NCBI GenBank assembly: GCA_048772705.1
Contig: JBLWGC010000021.1
Span: forward strand, 18,081-82,080
Reading direction: 5' to 3'
Origin: Leidyana gryllorum EB-2025a
Lineage: Eukaryota > Protista > Apicomplexa
DNA length: 64,000 nt
Below, piece by piece: positions 14,001-25,573 of the stretch. Each line of letters begins with the position of its first letter. Position 1 is the first letter of the stretch. The translations under genes and the position numbers were made by a program. The notes under the pieces are model-generated. The model saw only the letters and a program-made list of their open reading frames with translations. It was not told the origin of the DNA and did not search any database.

Positions 14001-17000
14001 GCGTCGTCACCCCCTTTTGGGCCTTTGCCGGCGCGCAGGAGGGCCTCCACTGAGAGGAGGCCCGAGTCGTCGGCTTCTGCACTGAACCCCTCGGAAGTGA
14101 TACCGCCTCGGAGAGTGATGAGGCGTGAATGTGAACTGGCCACACACTGTCCGGGACAATGCACGACGTCTTTATAAAAGTGTTCGAAGGGAAGGGGGCG
14201 TCTGAGATTTTGTATAATGCGAACATTGCGATTCTCAACTTGGACTTGATGGGTTCTGAGAGTTCTTTCTGACACATGTTGCATCTCGCAGCCGGTTGTG
14301 GAGCAGAAGGCTGCGTACGCGTACTCAAACTCGCAGAGTGTGAGTGTCCTCATGATGAAGAAGAGGTTTGAGAGTGCCAATACGGGCACCGGTTTCTCTC
14401 TTGTATATGGGACATCGGTCATGATGAGGCTGACAACTTTGAACATTTCGGTGTTATCGCTGAAGGGGACATCCACGAGCCATACGAAACTCGATGTATT
14501 GGGAATTAGAGCGCCATTCTTCAAACTCGTCAGATATCTTCTTGTGTGGGCGTCGACAACGTGGATGTAAACTTGATTGGGGGGTTCCACACCGCCCTCA
14601 CCCGCGTGCCATTGCCACCGCACCAAAAAGTCACACCCTTGCAGCAGCTGAGCCCCCGCAATGTCTGTCGCAGTCTTTGTGTTACAAACGGGTTTCAATG
14701 TCTTCTTACCATCGTTAAAGTACGGAGACCACGGGTTCCGATGGGACAGCAAGTTACGCTTCTCTATCAACGGCTGTACGGGGGCGACCGGGATCACTCC
14801 CTGCAGTGCACCCCACGGTATACCCTTTGAGTCTTGCAGTGGAAGGAACACTTGTGCCTCGCTCGCTCCACTTACAGCGGCGTGCACCAGCGTATTGACA
14901 ACATCCACAGTGCTTCCCCTCGCGGTAGCGAGCCACAGTGAGGAAGCAGTGTTGGTTACGAATATATAAAAGTACGGCTGAGTCAACAACTCCATCTCCA
15001 GCACCAACTCCCCCGGCATCTCCAATACATCGTGATATATTCCTTCGTGCAGCCGAGTCAAATCGTCATGTTGCCGCCGAATACCCGTCGCTCTGCTCGC
15101 GGTTCGGCATCGAGCCAGCCTCTCTCGGAACCGATGCTCCGCCATCTTCTCCGGATGGATACTATAGAGGTGAACTTGGACGTCGATATTGCCCTCCAAT
15201 CCGTTCGCCACATTGGTCGCAGTGTGAATTCGACCCATATTCGCCTGATGCTCAATTATCAAACGCAAATTCTTCAACTTCAACTGAAATGAGAACGGAT
15301 TCACCGGCCGACAGTATTTGTGAATGAAATACAGCAGCGAACTCGGCCGCCGACGCTGAAACATTCCCCCTGAAATAATAGAGAGAACCGAAAATCCTCA
15401 CGCACCTCCCAATCAATACACAAACTCACAGATCAAAAGAGGCCAATCAGTCATTGACAGTGGCCGATTCAGAGTCACCGCCTCCGACCACGACGATGCC
15501 ATCACCAACCGCTGCACTCGATCACACCCAAAGATACGTACACGATATCGACGGTCCGTCCGCAGTCTCCAGTGCTGCTTGTGACCACCCAAGAGGCCTC
15601 GGTCAGCCCCAGCGCCCCACTTGTCAGAACTGCACGGAATTCTAATCTCCTTTTGAGGACCCGATAGTGTCGATATAATCTTCACTTTCTTCAGCGGAAA
15701 GTATAACAGGATTTCATCCTTCCGCAATGAAGCCCAACTCAAAGACGCCGCAGACTGACGCTTCGCCTTCGGCGCGTCCATATCCCGCAGAATACACAAA
15801 ATGTAACTGAAACGACTCAAATCGCCACCAGAAGTCCATCGAACCACAAATCCGCACGATGTCGAATGACTAATCAGACGCGATACATTGATGTGCCATT
15901 GCTGCGATGGCGGACGGCATATCGCGTTATCCAAACGCCACGATGCTGTATTTGTAATAGAATCCTCCAAAACGTACCCTTCAAACACAGAAAAGTGAAG
16001 TGACTTGAGCGTATGAGTCAAAAACAGCCACGCCCCCACCAAACTGATAGCAGCGTTCAGAACAATCGCCATCGCAAACTTCCACGTGTGCTGCAAAGTC
16101 ACCCGCTGCGTCAGTATCGCGTCATTGTATAACTCAAATACAATGTCGTCACTGTCAAAACGGGATCCCTCTGACCACACTGCTGTCACTCCTCCAATAC
16201 GCATCGATTGTAACGCGTGCCAAAACACACGATACTCCTGTTCGTGCAGCCTATCAGTACAGTTGTCGTAACCCAGATAACTCGGTGGCAGAAAGGTTCC
16301 GATCGTCTTCTCCGGGGCCTTCCAGGGCCAAAGCATTCGACGTTCAGCCGAATACCGACAATGCCGCGTCCTGTCCAGAGTTATCACACTCTCCTTGTCG
16401 CCGTCGCCCTCATCCGAGTCGTCATCTGTATCGTAATAATCAACCGCCAACCTCCGCGAATGTTCCCTCTCGGGCAACGTTCGCTTATTTAATAATTCAT
16501 ACAGTGCTTCCTCTTGTTCTGCGTTCGCAGGACAGTAAAGTCCATAAATATGCAGCTGAAAACAAAAATTGAACACAATGACACATTGCCAATGGGCTGA
16601 CGAGGAAGCATCACAAACAATAATCAAATAAAACGCAATATGAAAGCTCCAAGTAATCCGGGACAAACGAGATCGAAAGCTCAAATGATGAAAAGCTCAA
16701 ATGATCGAAAGCTCAAATGATGAAAAGCTCAAATGACGGAAAGCTCAAATGATCGAAAGCTCAAATGATGGAAAGCTCAAATGATCAAAGAATCGATAGA
16801 TCGAAGATCAAACAAATTAGGGGCGAAGAGGATCGCACGGCCGAGGGAAGAAGGGTCGAAGATCAAACAAATTAGGAAATATTGAACGGCCGAGGGACGA
16901 TGGATCGAAATAACAAATAATTCATGGGGCGGGGAAGAACTCCAACGATCAAATGGTAAAGGAATTCGTGGCGGAGCTTCAAAAGACGATACAATAGGGA

Positions 17001-19609
17001 TCCAACAATACACCAGAAATCTGCAATGCGCAATATGTCTCACTTTCAGAGGTAAGATTCGGGGATCCAATGCTCCGCCAGCCAGAAGAATAGTGTCAAT
17101 GTTGTGCCCCAGCAACGCTGGTGTGCTCACGAATTTCCACCGTCCCGTCGGCAGGTCCGGCCCTATCATGTCCGCCAGCACGATCCAAATCGAGTTCGGG
17201 GCTTCCTTGGTCCACCTCTTGATGGACTGGACTCGGGCCAAAGACATTTCGCTTAACTGCGGCAAACCACTCTGCCTTTCTCCTGCCCACGTATTCATAA
17301 GCTGCACCAAGTCCGTATGTCAGAATACCCATCAAGAGCCAAGTGTAAAACAAGTGGCTCAGTAGCCATCCATAGAGCAGTTCGGTGGTGGTGAGGGGTT
17401 TGACATAGTTCAAATCAAAGTAGGGACGCAGTTCCTCCATGCCAGTTGCGCGCGACCAGTCCGTTTTTATCATGTTCTGAACGCCTTGCAAAGCCGCTTT
17501 GTCCGGAATAACCAGCGGGCCCAGGTTCGGGTGGTCCCAGATCATTGGCTTGGCAGTTGTGGTCGTTGGCGGCACAACACCAGGCCAGAAGATCCTTCCC
17601 AAACTGCGATCGTAGAACGATCGGCGCAAGTGACGGGCACCTCGGCCAGAAGCAGGCACTAACACTGGTGCTGGCGCTGGCACGATATGCGTAGCAGACG
17701 CAGGAACATCAAGCAGCTCAGCATCATCGGGGGATAGAAGGTCCACAAAGTTTTCATCTGTTCCTACCGTGTCCGAAGGCAAGTCCTGTGAAATCAAATG
17801 TTCAGCAGACTTGATATAGAAAGGATTTTCGGTCAATCCGGCCTCCACAAGGATCCTACGTAGCTCTGGATCCTCTTCGAAAGGCAGTGGAGTGACCAAC
17901 ATATCCCAAGTTTGTTCATCATCTTCATGTTGTTTCAATTGAATGGACCCATCCGTCTGAGCCATAACACGGGCCCAATCCTCCTCTTCCGCGGTGATAA
18001 TGAGGGGTTCCTCCGTCCGTATAGTGGCAACGGCCACTCCGCCGTCGAAGCGAACCGTCATATTCCGTGGATCAAGATCTGCGCGTAAATGTAACTATCC
18101 AAATGTGTTGAGGTGCGGGCTCGAAGTTGTTTGTTTGTAAACACGTGTCTCCCTCCATATTTATTGGGGTAACCAGGATTGATGAATGATAATCATTGCG
18201 CACGCGCGCGCACACACTCGAATGCGCACAGTGACTTACCAGGTTGTCCGGGTGGCATTTTGGTGGATACCCCGAAGTCCAGGTAGCCGTCCTTAATGGA
18301 CAAGTCGATTAAAGGTGCTGTAAGGGCCTTGATGAAGACATCACCGTCACTGAAGTCGGCGACTATCGAGGTGGCTGCTCGCAGAGGGGTCATGATGAAT
18401 ATGTCGCTGAATTCATCTGACAATTTATATGTCAATGTGACGGTGTCGAATATATAGTCAGGTGCCAGATGTAAACTGATTGAGCACTGCGAAAGTCAAG
18501 TCCGTCTGAGAGCAAGTTCGGGTAGCGGTAAGGACGGCCTACCCTGAACCAGAACGATAGCCATCTGCGCGTGAGGCGAATGTCATAAGTGCCGGCATCC
18601 ATATCGATGTTCTGAAAGGCTGTTGTGGATTGAAATATTCGTGGTGTGGGCTGTTATTGATAGACGTACAATTAGATTCTCGAACTAGTAGACTCATAGG
18701 ATAGCTGAACCATGTCATCTGTTGGAGCCAGGCGCGGAGTACGATTGAAGACTGGCCGTGATCTTCAGGGCGTAGGGGTCTCGCATATATATCACAGATT
18801 TGAGCATTGATATTGAGCTTTGCATTGGGGACGAGTGGAAATGCTTCATCGATAACGATACGTCTAACCAAGCTAATGAATAGGCGGGCGCCAAACAGCA
18901 AGAAGAGGATAACAAGGATGAGATGTTTGATTGGGGGGGTCGTCTTGGTACGGGCGAGAGCAATTCCGACATCAGCAGGGACAGTTTGTCGCTTGAAGTC
19001 CCCTCCAGCAGTTCCTGTATCCTCTTCCCCGGGTCGACTATCACGACGGTCATGCTCTCTGCTCGATTCAGCTGCTTGACCTTGACTAATTTCATGTGGA
19101 TCTTCAGATAGGCGTCGAAGACTGGGGGCCTGTTTGGCTTGACGGCGTCTGTGATGTATTTCTTCACTGACAGATTTTGGATCTTGTGCTGCTAATTGAG
19201 GGTCATTGCTGGGAATATTGCCTCCCAATTGTCGGTTGAACGAATTCCTCTGATCTGCTGGATACCTTCTGGACGTCGAGATGATCAGACTGGACTCAGC
19301 AGCCGCTACAGTCTCAAGATCAAAGCCATAAGTACTCAATGCACTTTGAGCCTTTTGGATGACATTCACTGGCCTGGGGGCGAGTAGACTTTTGGTAATG
19401 TCATTCAGACCCCGCGCTGTCACCGCCCTTTCCCCTTCTACCTCTAATTCTGCTTGTTGATCTTCTTCCGCTATCTTCACCGTCGGAATGGTTATGGAGA
19501 TGTGGGCTGGTTTCCCTCGACTATGAACGTTGATGTTCTCATCTGGCACGAAACTACCGTCAGCCTCCAGAGAACCCACCACACTGCTGGTGTCGCTGCG
19601 GCTCCACAT
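8059..19609 (-). CDS. Giant (~3,300 aa estimated) multi-exon multipass membrane protein with FN3-like, EF-hand and C-terminal putative Ig (He_PIG-like) domains
   Basis: Chain of abutting minus-strand ORFs (18539-19636, 18193-18435, 17096-18061, 16777-17310, 15413-16684, 13949-15364, 13012-13948, 12046-12978, 11293-11997, 10270-11208, 9114-10460, 8105-9064, 8059-8343) linked by short GT-AG introns, e.g. 9067-9121. EF-hand loops DADQDGVWSKEE and DTNHDMSLDMRE; several hydrophobic segments; 'ISPPLPSVFGLIFSMSTG|TIMGKIP'. Not every junction was verified, so this could be two genes. Confidence 0.7.
16671..16782. repeat. Tandem repeat, 7 x 16 bp (GAYSRAAAGCTCAAAT), intronic
   Basis: Seen directly: gatcgaaagctcaaat, gatgaaaagctcaaat and variants. 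Followed by duplicated tcgaagatcaaacaaattagg (16801, 16856) and acggccgaggga. Confidence 0.95.
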
Positions 19610-19656
19610 GCAATCTGGGCCTCCAAAACTGATCACAAAAAAAAGGGACCTTCATC

Positions 19657-22551
19657 ATGCAGCAACTGCGCCAAGCGCTTTGTGCTCCCTGTGAGGTTCT
19701 TACACCTCGTGACCCCGAGGCTACACCTTTACTCGCTGGAGACCGTCAGGGCTTCCAGCTCACTACCCATAATGCAGCTCGAAGAGAGATTGCCGTCGAC
19801 TCTGGTGCGTTCTACACCAATTTTCATCTTCCGAAACCGACATTATCAATGTCGCAGAGATCAGCCCCAAGCTGGATATGGAAACCTACAACGACTTTGA
19901 TGTCTGCTACGTCTGGCCGGCCGATTCCGGCACCAAAAGCAAAGTCATGAAGCAAGCTCAAGTTGAGAAATTGCTGCTCCAAGTGTGTCGCGCGCGTGTT
20001 GGTAAAAGCGTGTCTGAGCTCAATCGCATTGATAAACTCCATCCTGTCTACGGGATCTCACGTGGCGACATCAGAGGTAATAATGGTCGTTTTATGGTCG
20101 CTGTGTACGCGTAAATCTGCCGCCTGCTCGACAGAGATGCAAGCGGCCGACTTTCGTCAACTCCTGCGTCGCATTTTTCTCCGCGTAATCGAGCATGTGG
20201 GTGCCACGACCACGCAAGAGCAAGGACGCGACAAGAATAAGAACATTTTCATCCGGGTAATGCTTTGTTGAACCCTTTTGTGACACACAACTTACGCGCG
20301 CGCGTGCATACAGGCCCGCTTGTCCGAAACAGGATGCCAAGTGATTGCGGACTACAAAGGCTATCCGTTGCAGATTGATCGGGAATGCACTCGATTCAAA
20401 GAATTCAAGTGAGTTCTCACCCTGCGGTCGCTTTGGCCATTTTCTGCCTTCAGGAACGATCCCGAATTCGCTCCACCTTACATGGTGTACGAGCGTTCGA
20501 TAGAGCTGTATCCTCGAGGAACACAGCCGCCTCGTCAAATCTGGCAAAGATACGATCGGTTGAGCCGAAGGATCTACGGTACCCGAACGGGCGATGAAGA
20601 GGCATCAATTTTCCGTGACGTTGACCGCATCCGTCTGTTACGGATGGCGCTTTTTGAGTTCCTCAACATTGATTTGATGCTGAAGAACGGTTACATTTCG
20701 CAAGCGTTCGCGCTCAAACAGCCTGCTGTCGAAAAGGCTCTTGTGTCGCGATGGTGAGTCGGTACTGCCCTTTTCAGCGTGGATACGAAATATGCAGGGC
20801 CAATGTGAAGAGGATTTGGTCCTGGGAGCAGCCGATCGATGATGTGCGATCTTACTTTGGTGAGGAAGTCGCGATGTACTTCGCCTGGCTGGCTTTCTAC
20901 GCGAAGGGTTTGATACTGCCGGCTGGTGCCGGCCTACTGACGATGCTGTTGGTGATGTTGTTCAAGAAACAAGACAAGCCTCGGCATTGGATCAATTTGG
21001 TTCGCGCTATCTACTGTATTAGTTTGGGTGTCTGGGGAGCTGTCTTCAATGCTCGTTGGAAGCGTCGAGAGGTGAGATGGATGCAGCGGCTCGATAAATA
21101 AAGTGCTATCAATCGCTTAGAATCTCTTGGCACTACGTTGGGGTGTGGAGCAGGCTAACATTAGCCGCACCGCTAAGGAGGAGTCGCCCTGGTTCAAACC
21201 TGACTCTTATGTTGTTGACCCCGCACGGCCAGACAAATTTGCCCGAAGCTTCTCACCCAACAAGAAACGGATCCGTCAGCTGCTGACAACAACGTTTCTC
21301 GTTGTTTCGACTGTGATAGTCGTCTTTTTGATCAACGATGATCTGAATGGTGGGCCTGAAATGTGTGACTGGGCTCTCTTCCTATCTATCGCTCCTGACA
21401 GGTATGGCGTACAAACTGCTGGTAGGCGGTGAGCACAACGGTCTGGAGAGTTGGTTTGTGAGTTTCTTCAACCCGTCGATGGCCTCCAAGGCAGCATACA
21501 TTGCCTTCGCAACTTCTTTGGCGGTGAAAGGATACAATTCGGTGCGTCCAACAACAACAAGAGGCACTTATCATCTTCCCTTTGCAGCTCTGGAGCAGTC
21601 TTGTGTCCTGGCGCTTGGGAGAGTACGAGAATCACCAGTACCTCCAGGAGTACAATGACAGTGTTCACTTCAAGTTGTTCGTGTTCAAAGTGGCTAACTA
21701 CTTTGCCACTTTGTACTACTTGGCATTTTTTAAGGTGAGTGGAGGGATGATGTGATAGATCAATGAATTTCTCGCTCGCAGAGCTCGTTGCAAGGCTGTT
21801 CGGGAAGCAATGGCAGTTGCATTCCTGAGCTATCGAGTCAATTGAGATCTTTCTACATGTTGGATTTGCTCTCCACTGTGACGGGATTGATATCCCCATA
21901 CGTCAGCTACAACATTGCTCGATTCCGAGCTAAACCTGAAGAGGGAATGCCAGCCTACCAATATCAATCATACCTCCAGGCATACGATGGGATGGGCTCT
22001 GCGGACTTTATGGACCGCATCATCCAGTTTGGCTATACTGCTCTGTTCTCTGTGGCCTCACCTATCCTGCCGTTGCTTGGAATGTGCGTGAATATGGTGG
22101 AGCTGCGCACTGACGCCCTCAAACTATGCAAAGTTTACCAGCGACCTTTCCCGAGACAAGGTGAGGGTGCGATATATGGTACCGGAATCAAATTCGTTCC
22201 GTCGTTATGCAGCCGACAGCATTGGCACTTGGGACGATCTCCAGAAGGCTATGACTTTCTTCGGTATCATTTCCAACGTTTTTCTGTGCTGTTTCGCCAC
22301 TGTGGGCACCGAGCACTCCACGAGCACACGGCTGACGGCCTGTTTGGTAAGACTGAGTTGTGTAAATAGATGTTTTGGTGTCGAACGTTCAGATCATGAC
22401 ACTATCGGCGCTGGCGCTCAAAGATTATGTGGAGTATAAGCTGCCAGGCGACAGTCCGCGCTACAGATTGATGAAGACGCGGATGCAAGTTGTCGACTAT
22501 GAAGCCCTCTGGGGCGACAAGGAGATGGTGCACGTCAAGTCGGTGGAGTGA
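19657..22551 (+). CDS. Anoctamin/TMEM16-family Ca2+-activated channel/scramblase (multi-exon)
   Basis: QPIDDVRSYFGEEVAMYFAWL, ENHQYLQEYNDS..FKLFVF..ANYF, IIQFGYTALFSVASPILPL, NMVELRTDALKL, RPFPRQ..SIGTW. Stop TGA at 22549-22551. Confidence 0.93.
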
Positions 22552-22557
22552 TCCTCC

Positions 22558-23035
22558 TCATTTTTCTTGTTCTTCTCGGACTTTGACTAACGAAACAACG
22601 GGGTTCGTGAGTCCCCTAACTGACCTTTGATTGCCCAAATTAAATCTGAAACCTTTTGAATCTGGATTTCTGGAGAGCAGGAAGAGCGATCTGGCCCTTT
22701 GCTGCGCCTGGATGCTATTTTTAACTGACAGCGATATGTCCGCCCCTATTTTGACGAGCATAGTGCTGGGACCCCATAAGCCTCATACCGACACGGAGGA
22801 TTGGTGGAAACAATTCTGTTGTTCCCAGTCATCTACAACAAAAGACGGAGATCTTCGAGTTACCTCCATCTCGAGAAGTAGCGAGAGACCAGCGCACATT
22901 AAGGAGTGGGAAGCTCTTTTGACAAAGGTGTCCGTTGGCCCGGTCGCATGAGGCATTGGGCGAGTGAAAGTGAAAGTTATAGATCACCAGTTTATATATG
23001 AATGACAGGAAAAAAGCCCTTAGCGAATGAACCAC
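22558..23035 (-). CDS. Possible small spliced hypothetical gene
   Basis: Three short GT-AG introns can be removed in frame to give '...SFPLLNVRWSLATSRDGDDWEQQ...IWAIKVKVREEQEK*'. The start is uncertain and overlaps the neighbouring ATG. Confidence 0.3.
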
Positions 23036-25466
23036 ACCATCAACTTAACTGCGACTACTGTGTTCGACAACAACAACAACAACAACAACAATAGACGGCC
23101 GAATGAGCCCTCTACTGCTCGGACGCAGCATCTACGGCCCCCGACAAATGGCAATCATCTGATTGGTCCATCTCCGGCCACTCCTGGCAATCAGAGCTCC
23201 AACTTGTGGCAGGAGCTCGGCCACCCTGCACCACAGAGACGCCTTGCCGCTGCCAGACTCTCGCCGGCCGCCCGACCGGAAGAAGATAATGTCGCGTGTT
23301 TCACCGCTGCTGTCCCAGCGAGGGGGGACCCGCAACAGCAACAGCAGCAGAGTGGACGCAGTCTTCCAACTGCGTTGAGGCCAGACGGCTCGGGGTCCCG
23401 ATCACAGCAGCCGCGCCCACACCTGCGGGGCACTGCCCGCCCGCAGGCGCGGCCCTCGCAGTACACACACCCAAATACAACTACAGGTCCCAGGTTCGGA
23501 GGAGAAGATCAGTGGAGCCGGATACCCGAGGGGATGGCTCACAATTCTGTTAGACAGACACCCTCTCAGGTACCCCCCGGCCACACACAACGCGTCATCG
23601 ACGCCGGCCCACCTCAACAGAACACTGCCGACTTACTCGAAGGTCTTGGCCACCTCATTGGCGGCTTATTCAATCTCTTCTCTGGTAACGGCCCCGATGG
23701 CGTCGATCGAAGTCCCTCTTCGCAAAGACGTCTAAACGAAATGCACGCGCGCCGCCATCAAGGTACCCCGTTTACTCCGCAAATTGCTGTTACTCCCGAT
23801 AATGCCTCTCCGAGTGACAGACATCCGGACGCTCACGTCCGCTTCAATTCCCAGGCGGGGAATCGCCCTCCGCCGCAATTCCATCGTGAATATCTGAGTC
23901 CTTCTCGCGGAGGGGGAGCGACAAGAACCCCCAACCAATTACCACCAACATTTCCGTCACCCCACAATCACCTCAGTGCCACATCTCCCCACGGGATACG
24001 AACGCCCCCTTATTCGTCGCTTCGGACCCCCTCTGGTGATGGCCACTTCATGAGAAGCCCAACTACTCCCACTACCGCTCACTCGACACCTCCTCCAACC
24101 ATTGTCTCTGTCCCGTACCGCAGACGAGAGAGTTCTCTTGATCTCACCAAGATTGATACGCTCCCTTTCCGCGTCGGGCGCGCCCGAGTGAACGAGGCGA
24201 TCATGCGAGTCCCAATGCTGCCCAAACAAGCGGCCATCTACAACGCTCTCAAAATGCAGATCACCACTGATTTCGGTGCCGCAAGCAGACAATCCCCACC
24301 AGATGCTCAAGAGGCCCTCAAATGTTTGGTAGAACTTCGATTAGCTGCCAATTCCGAAGGTCTATTGTCATCGGAGACCAAAAGAAGGTTAAAGTCCAGA
24401 GTTGCGCAGAGCACAGTGTTGCAGCGCGCTCTTCCGGGTTTCGAGGAACTCTTCAACGAACAGGAAGGAGGAGTCGATGACGATGATACCTGCTCCGTGT
24501 GTTTAGATAGCGGAGTCGAGGTTTTGACACCCTGTCACCACAAGTTTCATCAATCCTGTATAGACGGCTGGCTGTCGATGAACCGTCAGACCTGTCCCAT
24601 GTGCCGAGTACCACTGAGAAGGTCTGATCTCAAGCCATCGACAGTCAAGGACGACTATATTGAGAAGCTTGCAAATTTAAATCGCACTGTCCTGATGAGG
24701 CTGGACAGTGACAAGACCACCGAAATCTTAAGTCACAAACTGACCACTGTAATGGAACTGCTTATGCAACAAACACAACGCAAAAGCGTCGTGTTCTCTC
24801 GCTATCGTCCTGTGAGTTTCGATCGATCATAATGTTTGGCGCACACGTGTGTGGTTGGTGGCGTGGGTCTTCTGCCTTATGGAGCTGATGGTGTTGGGCT
24901 CAATATTTGCGCGCTTTGGAATTGAATAAATGCTGTGTGGCGTTGAGGTGTGTTACATGGCGATTGGTGTTAGTTTAGATCGTAATCTGGTTTTTGTTGA
25001 CGACTCGGCTATGTATCAGATGCTGATTTCCATGGCCGCGTTGCTCGAAGTACTGCAAATTCCGTACTACTGGTTATTGACACGTATGGTGAGGGTGCCA
25101 GGGAACGCGGTAATTGTCTGAGAGCGGTATTTTGTGTTGGCAGGATGCCCGAGAAGCCGGAGCACAGATCCGAGGGTTCATAGAATTTCCTGATCCGCAG
25201 GCCGTGCTGCTGGCGATGCCGATGGCGGCGTCGAACAAGTTTGTAAGAGTCCAGAGCGGTTGTTGAGCGGCAGAATTGGGTTTTAGGCGCTGACGTGTGT
25301 GAAAACGGTGATATGTATGGATCCTTGGAGGGATTCGGACGCGGACAAGGTGGCTTTGGGGATGGTATTGAGGCAAGGACAGGCTGGAGTGATAGATGTG
25401 TACAAGCTAGTTTCGAAGGATACACTGGAGGAGAAGATAGTATGTGAGGATCACATAAAGGAGTAA
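23027..25466 (+). CDS. RING-H2 protein with a degenerate SNF2-type helicase C-terminal domain (Rad5/Rad16-like tail)
   Basis: CSVC...CHHKFHQSC...CPMC, then SHKLTTVMELL, KSVVFSRY. Spliced downstream exons give 'IRGFIEFPDPQAVLLAMPMAASNKF|ALTCVKTVICMDPW...RQGQAGVIDVYKLVSKDTLEEKI', ending TAA 25464-25466. Confidence 0.75.
23069..23092 (+). repeat. (AAC)7 AAT microsatellite encoding poly-Asn
   Basis: Seen directly, in frame in the RING gene. Confidence 0.9.
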
Positions 25467-25573
25467 GTTTTGAGGAGAAGGGGGGTGTATGTTGTATATG
25501 TTTGATAGCACGAATGAGATGACTGTAGATGTTCTTGCTAGCCGTCTAATCACTAGCTGATGGTTTTTTTGGG

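Noticed and set aside
16671-16782. Possible CRISPR array
   Set aside because: The units are contiguous 16-mers with no unique spacers, there are no cas genes, and the context is a eukaryotic intron.
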